DNA of 56,778 bases from a virus (Duplodnaviria; Caudoviricetes). Every line of letters begins with the position of its first letter. Positions within the stretch are counted from its first letter, which is position 1. Below the pieces are notes generated by a model, which saw only the letters and a list, made by a program, of their open reading frames with translations, made no database searches and was not told where the DNA came from. Location of the stretch: IMG/VR virus record IMGVR_UViG_3300025892_000024, positions 1 to 56,778 of that record. One strand, 5' to 3'. Below, piece after piece: positions 10,769 through 21,800 of the stretch. The translations under genes were made by a program, and so were the position numbers.

Positions 10769-10856
10769 ACTTCACCCAATAGATTCACTTCATAAATGGT
10801 TCCAACGGAACGGTGGAACGGGTTTCAATTAAACCCTATGCCTCTATGGGGTAATC

Positions 10857-12248
10857 ATGGCGGACTCAAGTCAACACCAAGAGAAGAAAGGAGAACTCAG
10901 AAACTTGGCTAAAAAATACGGTGTCACAGAATACATGGGCACTGATAAATTGGCTGTCGTTGAAGCTATGACAGCGGTATGGGCGGAGGATTCAAAATCT
11001 TTATCGCCATTAGCGGCGAATTCCTCATGGCTGGACATTAGGGGTGAAATAGAAGATGTGATGGCGTCATTGTCATTAGAAAAAAACAGTAAAGAGCAAT
11101 TGTTTCTTTTGGGCTCATCTTCGACAGGCCAAGTAAATTTTGAGGAAATCAAAATAGCTTACATCGATGGATGGAATACATTGATGGAGCAATATGCAAA
11201 CACCATCAGTAGTTTAAGTCAACTTGAAATGCTGAATCTTGAGCGCGAAAGAGACCGTTTTTTGTCCCACCTACCACCGTTTGGCACCCAAGAAGAAAAA
11301 TCCACTCACTCACTAGAAGCGGGAATTCATCTAAAAAATGTTGAAGGCATACTAAAAGGCATGACTAGCGATACCAAAATTAACTTTGGACGAAAAGAAT
11401 TAGCAAAGCGTGAAACCACTAGATCGATGATTTTGAGCCAATCCAAAGCTGGGCAAAAATCGGGAACAATGCCGACGCACATACATAACCAAATAGAGAA
11501 TTTGATTGGGCGCAACAACTCCTTATTTGACGGACAAATTAATTCACTTGAACTATTCAAGAACTCTCCAAATGAAATCTTCAATGAAATGGACCGTGTT
11601 CTAAGAAAGGCATCAACTCTCCTATCTACTCAAGAAGATAAGTTTGCATTGGCTGGAATCTCAACTACATTTGACCCAACTTACAAGAATTTCTCAAAAA
11701 CACTTGGGCGAACTGGAAGAACTGGCGATGGAATACGTGTGGTTACTGTAGAAAACAGAATTATGCAGACTGTACCCAAGCACAGAGGGCAAGGAGTTCC
11801 TGTGCATGCGTACCCAGCATTTGTTTTTCCCGAAAATAACAATTTGGAGGAGCCCACAGTAATTCCTTCTGATAACAATAATATCGCTAAATTCATTAAC
11901 CCAGCAGATGTTTATCGCAACGATTCAATGAGTACAAAGTTTGAACAATTTAGAAGAAACAAAGCATTGTTTGGAAAAGCAAACCCAAGCCCAATGGTGA
12001 ATCACAAAACTGCAGGTACAAACTACAATATGTTGAAAGGTAGTAGTAGTAACTTAGGTGCCACAGGAGCATTAGGTCATCTTGCTTCTAGTAAGATTGT
12101 CCAAGTATCAATAGTAGCGGGACTCGCATATCTAGGGTCGCAAGCCGTGAAAGCGCATTACAAAAGCAAGTCGACTTCAAGTTATGCATCTATACAAGAA
12201 CCATTTGTCGGTACCGGTAATGGGAACCAAGAAGGATTTCTAGGTTGA
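10857..12248 (+). CDS. Hypothetical protein (463 aa) with C-terminal TM preceded by NLGATGALG
   Basis: GGGGT SD; helical N-terminal part; TM IVQVSIVAGLAYLG. Confidence 0.85.
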   Translation: MADSSQHQEKKGELRNLAKKYGVTEYMGTDKLAVVEAMTAVWAEDSKSLSPLAANSSWLDIRGEIEDVMASLSLEKNSKEQLFLLGSSSTGQVNFEEIKIAYIDGWNTLMEQYANTISSLSQLEMLNLERERDRFLSHLPPFGTQEEKSTHSLEAGIHLKNVEGILKGMTSDTKINFGRKELAKRETTRSMILSQSKAGQKSGTMPTHIHNQIENLIGRNNSLFDGQINSLELFKNSPNEIFNEMDRVLRKASTLLSTQEDKFALAGISTTFDPTYKNFSKTLGRTGRTGDGIRVVTVENRIMQTVPKHRGQGVPVHAYPAFVFPENNNLEEPTVIPSDNNNIAKFINPADVYRNDSMSTKFEQFRRNKALFGKANPSPMVNHKTAGTNYNMLKGSSSNLGATGALGHLASSKIVQVSIVAGLAYLGSQAVKAHYKSKSTSSYASIQEPFVGTGNGNQEGFLG

Positions 12249-14518
12249 AGGGGGCTCCGACGATGGAATTTGACAACCCAAGTAAATATCCAACCTTGAA
12301 TGAGGTTCTTGACATTCTGGCGAAACTATCTAAGAAAGAACTTGAGGAATTGTCAGACTATCGAAACGTGCCGATGTTGACTAGGGTTCAATTGATACAA
12401 TTCTTAAATGAGTGGGTGAATGACGATCTAGGTTTGAATGATTACTTATCCAACATTCCCCAAGGCTACCCAATTGATAGGGCGCTGATGATGGGAGACC
12501 TACTAGTGTTTATGATGCTGGGCGGAGATAAGAATGAATATGTCCGTAAGCAACCAACAATGCTTACTGGTGGCGTACCAATGCCTCAAGAAAACAGATG
12601 GAATTCATTTTTGAGTAAGATGCTGAAAAAAATGCCTGAAACAAAATCCTTGAAAGACATGGTAGGAGTTCACGCAATGATTCTCAATATGCTACCTCAA
12701 GTCAATTACAACAGGTACAACTTTACACAAATCTTTGCAGACGATCCATCATTAGTTGAACAGATTTTGGGTGAAAAAGTGTCCATGACTCCGGCAGACT
12801 TTGAAACCTTGACGAATCTCCGTTCAATAGTAAAAAGGGGTGCAATAGAGCAACTAAAACTTGCATTGACTACATCAACCACCGGATTACGCAAAATGGC
12901 GAAATCTAAAGACATTGGTTCAGTTCTCTTAGAGGCGTTCCAAATAGCCCAAAGAGCCGTTAGCTTTTTCGAAAGAGGGGATTTTGGAAAAGCGGTGGAG
13001 AATCTTCAAGAATTGCAAGAGGAATATGAGCTAGGTACTGGCGCGTTTGCAAACAATGTCAATAACATATTCATCGGAACTGCCTCAGCAATTGCTGGCG
13101 CAGGTGGCGTAAAAGGCACCCCTACTCCTATAATGATATCTTTAGACACGAGGTTCATCGCTGAAAGCATTCAAAGTATGTCTGATGCAGCAAGAGCTGT
13201 GCAAAGGACTGCAAGCCGTAACGGGTTTGGGTACACTCTTAGCAAAGAGAAAAATTTAACGGTCTTTAATTTGAAACCGAAATCAAAAAGCGGTTCAGGT
13301 ACAAGCGGCCTCAAAACATTTGTAACTTACAATTCCAACTCGAAAAAGGCCGATTCACTCTTTACAACAACAGATTGGCTTGCATTGTTTGGTGCGGCCT
13401 GGTACGGGGGCAATAATCAATTTGCAACAGGCGAGGTTTTGAGTAATAACAACATAAAAACAGGACTAACTACGGCATTCGCAAAAAATGATAAGCCAGT
13501 ATTAAAATTCTTAGTCCACGGGATAATGTCAAACGGCATTCAAAATCTGCTACCTATTGGTTTATTGACAGTTTCTATAACTAAACCAACTAAGGAATAT
13601 GGGGTAAAAGACGAACATTTTGCAATGCTGCAGGTTGATGTCGATTTGATTTACGAATCATACACTGATACCGACCAAGAAATAGAAAAAGACATAGCCG
13701 TAATTGATTCAGAAGATGAAGATGTAAGCGGAGAATTTGAATTGCAAGACATGGACTTATCTGCTCGCAGAAGGGCATCCAAAAAACCGTCTAAAAAAAA
13801 AGTCTCCCTAGGTCAAATGGTGGGTATTGATTTGTTGCCATCAAGTCATGTGAGGTTGTCAACGGCAGTAGACAAAGCAGACTGGTACAAAAACAAAGCA
13901 AAACAGGACGAGACAGGCCTGCTAAGAGAACTTTGGAATGACTATGCAAGAGGTTATCCAATAAAGAGGCAAAGAAAAGGGCGAAAGCCTGTATGGGTTT
14001 GGCGTGGAAAAGAATATTCAAGTGAGAAAGAAGCGATTGCAGACTTAAAGAAAAAAGGCACATGGGCGGATATGAAAAAAGGTAAAGCGAACATGCGTAT
14101 GATCTATGCCAAAAGAAAAGACAACAACGAACTGGTTCCATTTAGATTGGTAATCCCAAAAATCATACTTCGAAAACGTGGTGAAGATTTGTTACCTAAG
14201 AAAGGTAGCAGTAAAGAGTCTATTGAATTGTTACTGAAAGAAATTGAGAATGATTTCGGAAAAATTGTTTACAAAAGAAAGCAACCAGGTGGAGGGTATG
14301 CGGTTTATCCTTCACAGCGGAAAAAGGGAGACAAAAATATCGGTCCTAGAACCTCGGTGGACCACGGGATGCACCACCTTTACGAAACTAAAGGATTTGA
14401 AGCTGGCAGTGAATATTCAACCAACGCCCACCCTTCAAGAGTAAAAAACGATGGACAAATCATTTACCAAGCAATCACTCCAACTGGAACATCTGTTGAA
14501 ATGGAGGTATCGTCTTGA
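12245..14518 (+). CDS. Hypothetical protein (757 aa) with basic C-terminal region; start may be ATG 12263
   Basis: Long ORF coupled to its neighbours by TTGA overlaps. Confidence 0.85.
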   Translation: MKGAPTMEFDNPSKYPTLNEVLDILAKLSKKELEELSDYRNVPMLTRVQLIQFLNEWVNDDLGLNDYLSNIPQGYPIDRALMMGDLLVFMMLGGDKNEYVRKQPTMLTGGVPMPQENRWNSFLSKMLKKMPETKSLKDMVGVHAMILNMLPQVNYNRYNFTQIFADDPSLVEQILGEKVSMTPADFETLTNLRSIVKRGAIEQLKLALTTSTTGLRKMAKSKDIGSVLLEAFQIAQRAVSFFERGDFGKAVENLQELQEEYELGTGAFANNVNNIFIGTASAIAGAGGVKGTPTPIMISLDTRFIAESIQSMSDAARAVQRTASRNGFGYTLSKEKNLTVFNLKPKSKSGSGTSGLKTFVTYNSNSKKADSLFTTTDWLALFGAAWYGGNNQFATGEVLSNNNIKTGLTTAFAKNDKPVLKFLVHGIMSNGIQNLLPIGLLTVSITKPTKEYGVKDEHFAMLQVDVDLIYESYTDTDQEIEKDIAVIDSEDEDVSGEFELQDMDLSARRRASKKPSKKKVSLGQMVGIDLLPSSHVRLSTAVDKADWYKNKAKQDETGLLRELWNDYARGYPIKRQRKGRKPVWVWRGKEYSSEKEAIADLKKKGTWADMKKGKANMRMIYAKRKDNNELVPFRLVIPKIILRKRGEDLLPKKGSSKESIELLLKEIENDFGKIVYKRKQPGGGYAVYPSQRKKGDKNIGPRTSVDHGMHHLYETKGFEAGSEYSTNAHPSRVKNDGQIIYQAITPTGTSVEMEVSS

Positions 14519-17500
14519 AAACTATAAAAATAGAATACATAAATGGTGAAAACCGCCGAGATACAATGAGGAGGATTCAAAGAATTTTGACAGAGGAGGG
14601 TAAAGCACTAGGGCTGAATTCAGCTTCTTATTCAAAAGACATTAGCGTTCTTGTTAATGAATTGATTCAAAGCAGACAAGACCAACACATTACAATCAGA
14701 GAAGGGAGGAATGCTGGAAGATTTACTAGGAGGTCTCCAGCGCCAACTATTCCCTTGGCCGTCAAAAGTCCAGTGAAAGAACTAGATAAGTACATTCAGG
14801 ATTCTATTCCCGATGCTATGTATGGGAAAATGCTTAATTTGACTCCAAGGGAGGTAGCTTTGCAAGAATCATTGAAAACACAAGTAGGTTTGAGTTCAAA
14901 AATACGTGTGCCTCACATGGAACCAGAATCTAGGCTATTGGCAGCAAATATAGTCGGTTCATTGCCAACTGGGGGTCAAGGCATAGAAGAGGCAGCCAAG
15001 AAAAAACTATCTGCAACCGTGAAACAAGCACTTGGGGATTTAGGAATTGATGCGGAAGGTGAAAACAAAAAGCGTCTATTGGAAAGGTTGCAAGCAAAAC
15101 CCTTCTTCAATGACCCGACTTTGATTGCTAACTTTTCTAACATGATTAGGGCGTACCATGATGTAAGAGAAAACAACCTACATTACATGCAATCAATCAT
15201 GACAGGAATGTCCGCTGTAAAAGATGCCGAATTATTCACCAATTCTATGTTGCCGACACCAGACAATATTCTTAATGGGGCGACAGCATACTTGATTTAC
15301 GATACCAAAGAAGCCTTGAATGTTCAAGATATTAGTTCATATATAGATGAATTTGTGAGAAATCTCCTAAACTATAAAGAAGACAGAAAGGTGCTAAAAG
15401 CAACAGAAAAACAACAACAAATCGGCAGATTCCTGGCAACATTTGATTTCAATAGGCGGGAAGCCGCTAAAGCATTGGAAAATGCTGCGCTAAAGGCTAT
15501 CAAGACGGGCGGAGATTTCATAGACTCATATAATGAAGCAATTAAGACACCTGCTAGTGGTGCTAATTTTGATGGCAAAGAACTAGAACAAATTTTTACC
15601 CGAATGACAACAACGATGAAATACACAGAAAGAATTGACCCCGATAGAAATATATTCGAAATAGATGATGGAGTGTTGACACCCATTCCTGGTACTGAGG
15701 GAAAAAGGAATAATCAGGACATATTGGTTGAATACTTGGTTAAAAACGGCCTAGCGTATCCAATTATCCCGACAGCCAAAAGAGTAGACAAGAGCCTTTT
15801 CCTACTGATTCCTATTCAACTGCCAGCTTTTGAAATCAAGCCGATTGGTTGGGATCGAAGATGGATGATAGCAACTATGAAAATAGTCGATGAATATTGG
15901 GATATGATATATGGGAAAAATAGGCAAGTAATCCTATCAGATTTATTGTATCTTATATCTGCACGTGCAAAAGAACTTTTCAATTACGACATTGATGTAG
16001 TTCAAATGACTATTCTTGCACTACTATTGACCGACCAGCGAACAGCCAGTAGAAGAGCCCGTTCAATCTTGCCTTACACAGAGGGGGGAAAAACACCTTT
16101 GAGGAGTTTAAAGACATTGATTCGAGATAGTACAACAGAAGAAATGAAAAGGAGTGTTGGTGAAAAACCCCAAATAGCAAACCTTATGCTTGAACTAAAA
16201 AAGACAAAACTAGAACAAAGCCAAGCAGAAGAAGAAATCAAAAAGAATGGGGGTGAATTCCTGAATGCTACAAATATATTAGTAAGTATATTATCTCGCA
16301 TGTTGGACGATGTTGCTCAAAGTAATTTTGGCAATGAAGAAGAAAAGGAAATCAATGGTGCCACTAAAAAGATGGAAGACCACGCATCGGATTTCAAAGG
16401 GCAGATTGAACAACTAAGTAAAACCCTAGTCGAGAACGTGGCTGATGATTCATTCCGATTTGGAGAACCAGGCAAAACGAACGATGTTGAAAAATATTAT
16501 TTACAAATTTTGGAAGCAGTCGAAAATTACAAAGATTTGACGGGGGTACAGCCCGTCAAAGATGAGGTTTATGATGCTTTGATGATAGATGATAACTTAT
16601 TTGGCCTTGATTTTGATACAGTGAAGGAAATTGCTTCGTACAAGGAAGTCGACCTTCAAGATAAAGATAAAAAAGATAAAGAGAAAGACGATTTGTTAAA
16701 AGACCTTCAAATAAAAAGACTTGGGGGTATGCGAAGATTACTTAGAAATCCCCCATCTGGTAAAGTAGGTCATATTACTGCAGAAGTAGTATTGGGTGTT
16801 AATATCCTAAAAGATATCATGGCTGTTGGCCGAGACTTGATTGGTGGCCGATCTAAAACGATAGAGAAAAAGGTTGCACAGTGTCAAAAACTGCTGATGG
16901 AAGAACTTAGAAAGAAAGCAGAAGCATTGGGCGGCAACACTCTAAAGAATATTAGAATAGAACCTTTCACATACGGCCAAGGCAACTCAATAATTGTTTT
17001 ACTTGGTAACGCAGAAGTTTGGAATGAATCTGGAGGAAAAAAGAAAAACCCTCCAAAAAGCAACCCAATGGAAGAAGGCAGAACTGACTCCTATGATTCT
17101 TACACCTTAGCGAAAAGTGCCGCTGTCGCATTAGCTAACAAAGAGGGCGAAACAGTTTACCTGTGGCGTGAGGGCGAGAAAGTATTAGTTAGCATTTTCT
17201 TCCCAGGGCACATCGTTCCAAACAATGTCAGCGAAATTAATCCGAACCCAGCAGGGGTGATTAAGAATAATCCTTCAAAAGAGCGTAAATACAAAGGCGT
17301 GATAATCAAGAAAGTCGAGAACGGGTGGAATGTAGAAGCCTATGACAAAACACTGCCAACATTAGATAAAGCAAGAAAATTTATTTCATCTAAGGTAAAA
17401 GGTAGCGCAAAACCTAACCAAAGGTGTATCCGTATAATTTCTGGTATCCAATGCAAAGGAACAGTTGTTAAAATGAACAAAGGCCCACACTACCGATGTA

Positions 17501-17532
17501 AAGGCTGTGGGGCTAAATACAAGGCGGTGTAA
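14515..17532 (+). CDS. Multidomain protein (1005 aa): helical N-terminal part, NPP-flanked YbjQ-like domain, small NP-delimited modules, C-terminal Zn ribbon
   Basis: GGAGGT SD plus TTG; RNPP...YbjQ...KNPPKSNP; C-terminal C-x8-C...CKGC. Confidence 0.85.
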   Translation: MKTIKIEYINGENRRDTMRRIQRILTEEGKALGLNSASYSKDISVLVNELIQSRQDQHITIREGRNAGRFTRRSPAPTIPLAVKSPVKELDKYIQDSIPDAMYGKMLNLTPREVALQESLKTQVGLSSKIRVPHMEPESRLLAANIVGSLPTGGQGIEEAAKKKLSATVKQALGDLGIDAEGENKKRLLERLQAKPFFNDPTLIANFSNMIRAYHDVRENNLHYMQSIMTGMSAVKDAELFTNSMLPTPDNILNGATAYLIYDTKEALNVQDISSYIDEFVRNLLNYKEDRKVLKATEKQQQIGRFLATFDFNRREAAKALENAALKAIKTGGDFIDSYNEAIKTPASGANFDGKELEQIFTRMTTTMKYTERIDPDRNIFEIDDGVLTPIPGTEGKRNNQDILVEYLVKNGLAYPIIPTAKRVDKSLFLLIPIQLPAFEIKPIGWDRRWMIATMKIVDEYWDMIYGKNRQVILSDLLYLISARAKELFNYDIDVVQMTILALLLTDQRTASRRARSILPYTEGGKTPLRSLKTLIRDSTTEEMKRSVGEKPQIANLMLELKKTKLEQSQAEEEIKKNGGEFLNATNILVSILSRMLDDVAQSNFGNEEEKEINGATKKMEDHASDFKGQIEQLSKTLVENVADDSFRFGEPGKTNDVEKYYLQILEAVENYKDLTGVQPVKDEVYDALMIDDNLFGLDFDTVKEIASYKEVDLQDKDKKDKEKDDLLKDLQIKRLGGMRRLLRNPPSGKVGHITAEVVLGVNILKDIMAVGRDLIGGRSKTIEKKVAQCQKLLMEELRKKAEALGGNTLKNIRIEPFTYGQGNSIIVLLGNAEVWNESGGKKKNPPKSNPMEEGRTDSYDSYTLAKSAAVALANKEGETVYLWREGEKVLVSIFFPGHIVPNNVSEINPNPAGVIKNNPSKERKYKGVIIKKVENGWNVEAYDKTLPTLDKARKFISSKVKGSAKPNQRCIRIISGIQCKGTVVKMNKGPHYRCKGCGAKYKAV
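16756..17046 (+). other. YbjQ/UPF0145-like domain inside ORF 14515
   Basis: GHITAEVVLGVNILKDIMAVGRDLIGGRSKTIEKKV...MEELRKKAEALGGN...GNA matches the YbjQ pattern (G-N-D-RD-GGRS-E...A-LG-N...G-A). Confidence 0.85.
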
Positions 17533-17535
17533 GCA

Positions 17536-18192
17536 ATGCCAAAGAAGCGTTCAACCTGGCAATTAACAATCCATGAAGATGAAGATGATATTGTTGAAGT
17601 ACATTTGACAGGGCCTTCAAACAAAGTAAACGACTTGAATATGTTTGAAGTTTTGTGCAGGGGATTGAGAGCTTGGGATAGCGATGTGAAGAACTTTCAA
17701 GATGGCAAAGCGCCAAAGACGATTACTAGAAAGTGGATGATGCCTTTGACAAAAATCAAAGCAAAGTTGAACCCAATCAAAGGAAAGAAATCAAAGTCTA
17801 AGAAAATCACAACACAAGAAGAAAAAGACTTCGACCACGCCATAAAATTGTACAAAGAATTCAACGGTGTAGATCCAAAGGAAATGATTACACAAGAGGT
17901 TTGGCTTCCAGATGATTCAGGAGGGCCACATTCCATGTTAGTAGCCATTGGAGAGGGAACTTGCCCGTTCATTGGCTACACGTCCGGTAAAACAAATAAA
18001 AAGGGCGAAATGGACACATACATTCACCACTTTGGCGAGGACGATGACGGAAACATCACAAAAGAACGCCCAAGATTATACGTGACAGTACCGCCCCCAG
18101 GGTATAAGCCAGTTCTCATGTTGATTGGCGGGGATTGGGATATTGAAGATCGAACTGCGGATAGCATGACGCTAAAGTGGTTAGTACATTGA
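17536..18192 (+). CDS. Hypothetical protein with LYKEFNG...YIHHF...P-L...IGGDW domain following an NP motif
   Basis: Translation; conserved-looking YxHxF motif. Confidence 0.8.
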   Translation: MPKKRSTWQLTIHEDEDDIVEVHLTGPSNKVNDLNMFEVLCRGLRAWDSDVKNFQDGKAPKTITRKWMMPLTKIKAKLNPIKGKKSKSKKITTQEEKDFDHAIKLYKEFNGVDPKEMITQEVWLPDDSGGPHSMLVAIGEGTCPFIGYTSGKTNKKGEMDTYIHHFGEDDDGNITKERPRLYVTVPPPGYKPVLMLIGGDWDIEDRTADSMTLKWLVH

Positions 18193-18201
18193 GGTGATAA
18201 A

Positions 18202-18585
18202 ATGGGTTCAAGAATAACAATATATCATGTGAAGAAAAACGACTACAAAAGAAATATCAGTTCGATGGGCGAGGAAAAGTTAGAGGAAGTTCTTGACAAC
18301 AGCAAGCTCGCTTTGAAACTTGACCGCAAGGATTTATCCGCAAAATTAGCAAAATATCTTGGATTGGACGCTGGTAATGGTATGAAGGTGTCAATTAGAA
18401 TGGGAGAAAATCTGAAAGAAGATATCCATACAAATTTCTCCGAGTTCGTAGCCGCAAGCAAGCCCGTTCAAAAAATGAAGATGGCAGATGTTCACACTTT
18501 AACGGGCATGGGGTTGATGATTGAAGCATTCAGTTTGAAACCGACCAGCAAACTGTATGGTGGCTATTTCGTTATTTATGCATGA
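18202..18585 (+). CDS. Hypothetical protein (127 aa)
   Basis: GAGGTGA SD at 18191. Confidence 0.8.
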   Translation: MGSRITIYHVKKNDYKRNISSMGEEKLEEVLDNSKLALKLDRKDLSAKLAKYLGLDAGNGMKVSIRMGENLKEDIHTNFSEFVAASKPVQKMKMADVHTLTGMGLMIEAFSLKPTSKLYGGYFVIYA

Positions 18586-18594
18586 GGTGATAAA

Positions 18595-18795
18595 ATGGGA
18601 AGATTTGATATTATAAGTGAGTCAAAAGAATTATACTCGACAATGAAGGAAACTGCCGAAGAATCAGTATATGGCCCGATTGGTATATTTGCCAACCCGT
18701 TGCGTTTTCTATTCTACGCATCTGTGTTAGGAGCTTCGCAACTACTGGTTTTCCAAGTAGTGAACGGGGCAATCAATAGGACCATGGATAAGTAG
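18595..18795 (+). CDS. Small membrane protein (66 aa)
   Basis: GAGGTGA SD at 18584; one hydrophobic segment. Confidence 0.75.
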   Translation: MGRFDIISESKELYSTMKETAEESVYGPIGIFANPLRFLFYASVLGASQLLVFQVVNGAINRTMDK

Positions 18796-18825
18796 GCGAA
18801 AAGATATTGTCCAAGGTGAATTATA

Positions 18826-21800
18826 ATGGCAGACCCAACCGACTCGGAACTAATTGAATCGGCTAAGGAGAAATTACAGAAGTCTGCAAAAATGCACCTA
18901 TCGTCCTTGGATGAAATTATATTTTGTAAATTAGAAGATATAGCAGACGAAGATTACATGGCGGGTGTCAAAGGAAAACCATATTTCATAGTACAAGAAT
19001 ATCTAATGGCTATAAACATTGGAGAGGAAGCAACAAATGAAAGTGTCGCATATCAAAGACTAAATGCTGTAAAAAATGATTTGGTGAATAGCAAAAAGGG
19101 AGAAATAGTTTTTCCAACTTCGGATAGAATTACTGTGGGGCACTATTTATTCTCATATAGGGCACTTAGAAATCCTTTGATGAATGATAACACCCAAATT
19201 ACAGATAATCTCGACAGAGATGTTGCGTTTGGTTTGCTAACGGATGATGAATATAAATATGTTGAAGAGGAACTAGGGGGTATAGACCAGATATATATTT
19301 CCCAAGAAGGGGATATTAGGCTTCAACGATTTAAAGTAGGGGAAAATGAAGTAACCATCTTCCCTGCCATAGAAGAAAAAGAAAATGAATTACGATACTT
19401 CAGCCCTAAAGTATGGGGTGACGAACCTACGCCATCTTTTCTAAAAGGAAAGGAAAACAAGGCATTGATTGAAAGATTCAAGTTGATGAAGGATTTACAG
19501 CCAAAGGACAAAGAAGCAGACAATAATAAAGTCATATCAAAAGAATCCGGAATGTCACCCATCACCAAATACTATATGATGCGTTATTTGGGTTTTTACC
19601 TTTCTGCAAGCAAAATAACAGACGACGCTCTCCCCAAACTACGGGACAACAAGCTAGTACTTGACCGAATCAATATCTCTAGGCAAGATGATTTTGACAT
19701 TGAAACAGAATTAAGGAAAATACTTGAGGGGGATTTAGGCGACGAAAAAATAGACAACAAATTCCCATTTGACAGGTTGAGGACAATTTACAGATATCCC
19801 GATGATTGGGTTGAGGAAGCCCTAACTCAAGATATTGAAGATATCGAGGAACCCAATCCCTGGGATTTAGATGTGAAATACGGAATGTTGCAAAAGTTCT
19901 TCACTATTTTACCCACAAACCAAAAAACCAAATTCTACGATTCTGTTGAAGAACAAATTTATTCTAAAATGCCAACCAAAAAGATTTCTTTGACGCACAA
20001 ACCAAATGACATGAAAATGGTTAAGGAGTCCGATGAAATAACGATTCCTTTCCTAAATGGTAGTTTTGCAGTAGCCGAATCAATGAAAGTATTTGCAGAA
20101 AGCGATCCATCCGACTCTAAAAAGGACCGACTAAAATTGAGAACTAACTTGGGAGACAAAAATTCACAACAACTGATAACCGATGGGACTTTAGTAAATA
20201 TTCCTGGCTGGGTGATTTTATATTCAGAAACAAACCGCAAGAAGTCATTTTTGGAAGCAGTGCTAAACATTAAATTTTCCCAAATTTTCTCGGTTATAGG
20301 TTCTGTCAGTAGCAGATTTCTTCACCTCAGCGAAGGACTCAATCATGTCCTCGACATGATTCTATACATTAGAAATAATGAAGAAACCCTACCGATTAAA
20401 GAAAGCGATTTGTATGATGTTCTCAACACTGAATACGAAGCGTTTGTAAGCACAGTGGGTGACACTGTATCGACAACAATTATTGATGATGGCGCATATA
20501 CGACAGTGAACTTAGACAGAAAAAAACTAATCGAAGGAATCACCAAGCCTGATTTGTTGAAAAAATTTGAATGGTTCACAAGAAGTGCAGCAGTTATGCC
20601 CCCCGAACCCGAATACAACACAGAAAAAGACCAATCTATTGAGGGTGTAGTGGAGTCAGTTGAAGCTATTATGGCTTACACCGATAGCACAGGGTTACAA
20701 CAAAATCAATTGACTCGGCACAACGCACGAGCTTTCAATGCTTTAGGGCATGTGGTGGAAGAAATGATGATTAATTCAGCGAAGCGAGCAGTGAGTACCG
20801 TTGAAGATACGGCACTAACTTCTGATTTCGATAGAGTTGTTATGTCTTTGATTGGTACAAATAAAAATCCAGGCATGGCAGTTTTCCATAGCATAGTACA
20901 CTATCAATATCTATTTGCTATTGTGACTAATCCTATTTCAAGATGGGAGTCAATTGATAAAGACATATTTCAGCAAGGCGCAATGCTTTCATTGGAGTCA
21001 TTCTTGACAGAGCCAGCAAAGAAAACCTTACTTTATCTATTGAATGAAAAAGGTTTCATCGACATTGGCGATTTTAGCGATACATCGCCTAAGTTTTTCA
21101 AAGTTCCAGTTGCTCCTTCTGTTAATGTAGCTAATTTTACAGGTTTGATGAATGGCTTTTCTTTGATTATGATATCATATTACAGACTCATGTTCGCTCA
21201 AATTAGAAACCGTTTGGTATTCGAAAGAAAGACCCAAACTAAAGGAAAGGTCTCGAAAGAGACAGCAGATTTGAGTAAGTATTGGCGAGACATGATTGCT
21301 GATGCAGAAAGAAACACGCCTTCACCAGCCTTATTCGGGCTAGTATTGAGATGGTTCGGCCAAACAGGAACAGTTCTTGAAATTCCAACGTGGATGCCCG
21401 TTTCGCCTGCAGAAATGAAATCCGATGCTAAAATGAATAAGAACGATGTATTAAATTATCTAAAGTGGTCTTATTCCAACAACGCAGTAGATCTTGAAGC
21501 GTTTTCAGAAGTAGCGGCAGCTTACCATGCTGCCAAAGCAATGTCTTACCTTGAAACGGCTAAAGACATAGCATCCGGATACGCAGATATGGTGGAACGC
21601 TTCGTAGAGGCTGTACATGAAGATATGGGTCATGCATTCTTATTCTCGATTTTAACCAATAGAAACTGTCCAGACCCAACAAAAGAGTCGCCAGAAGCAG
21701 AAAAAGTGATTAGAATTTCAAACATAGAGGCGATTCAAGTACGAAAAGAACAAGAACGAACAAAAAGTGAAAGTGAAAGTGAACCTAAAAGTGGAGGTGG

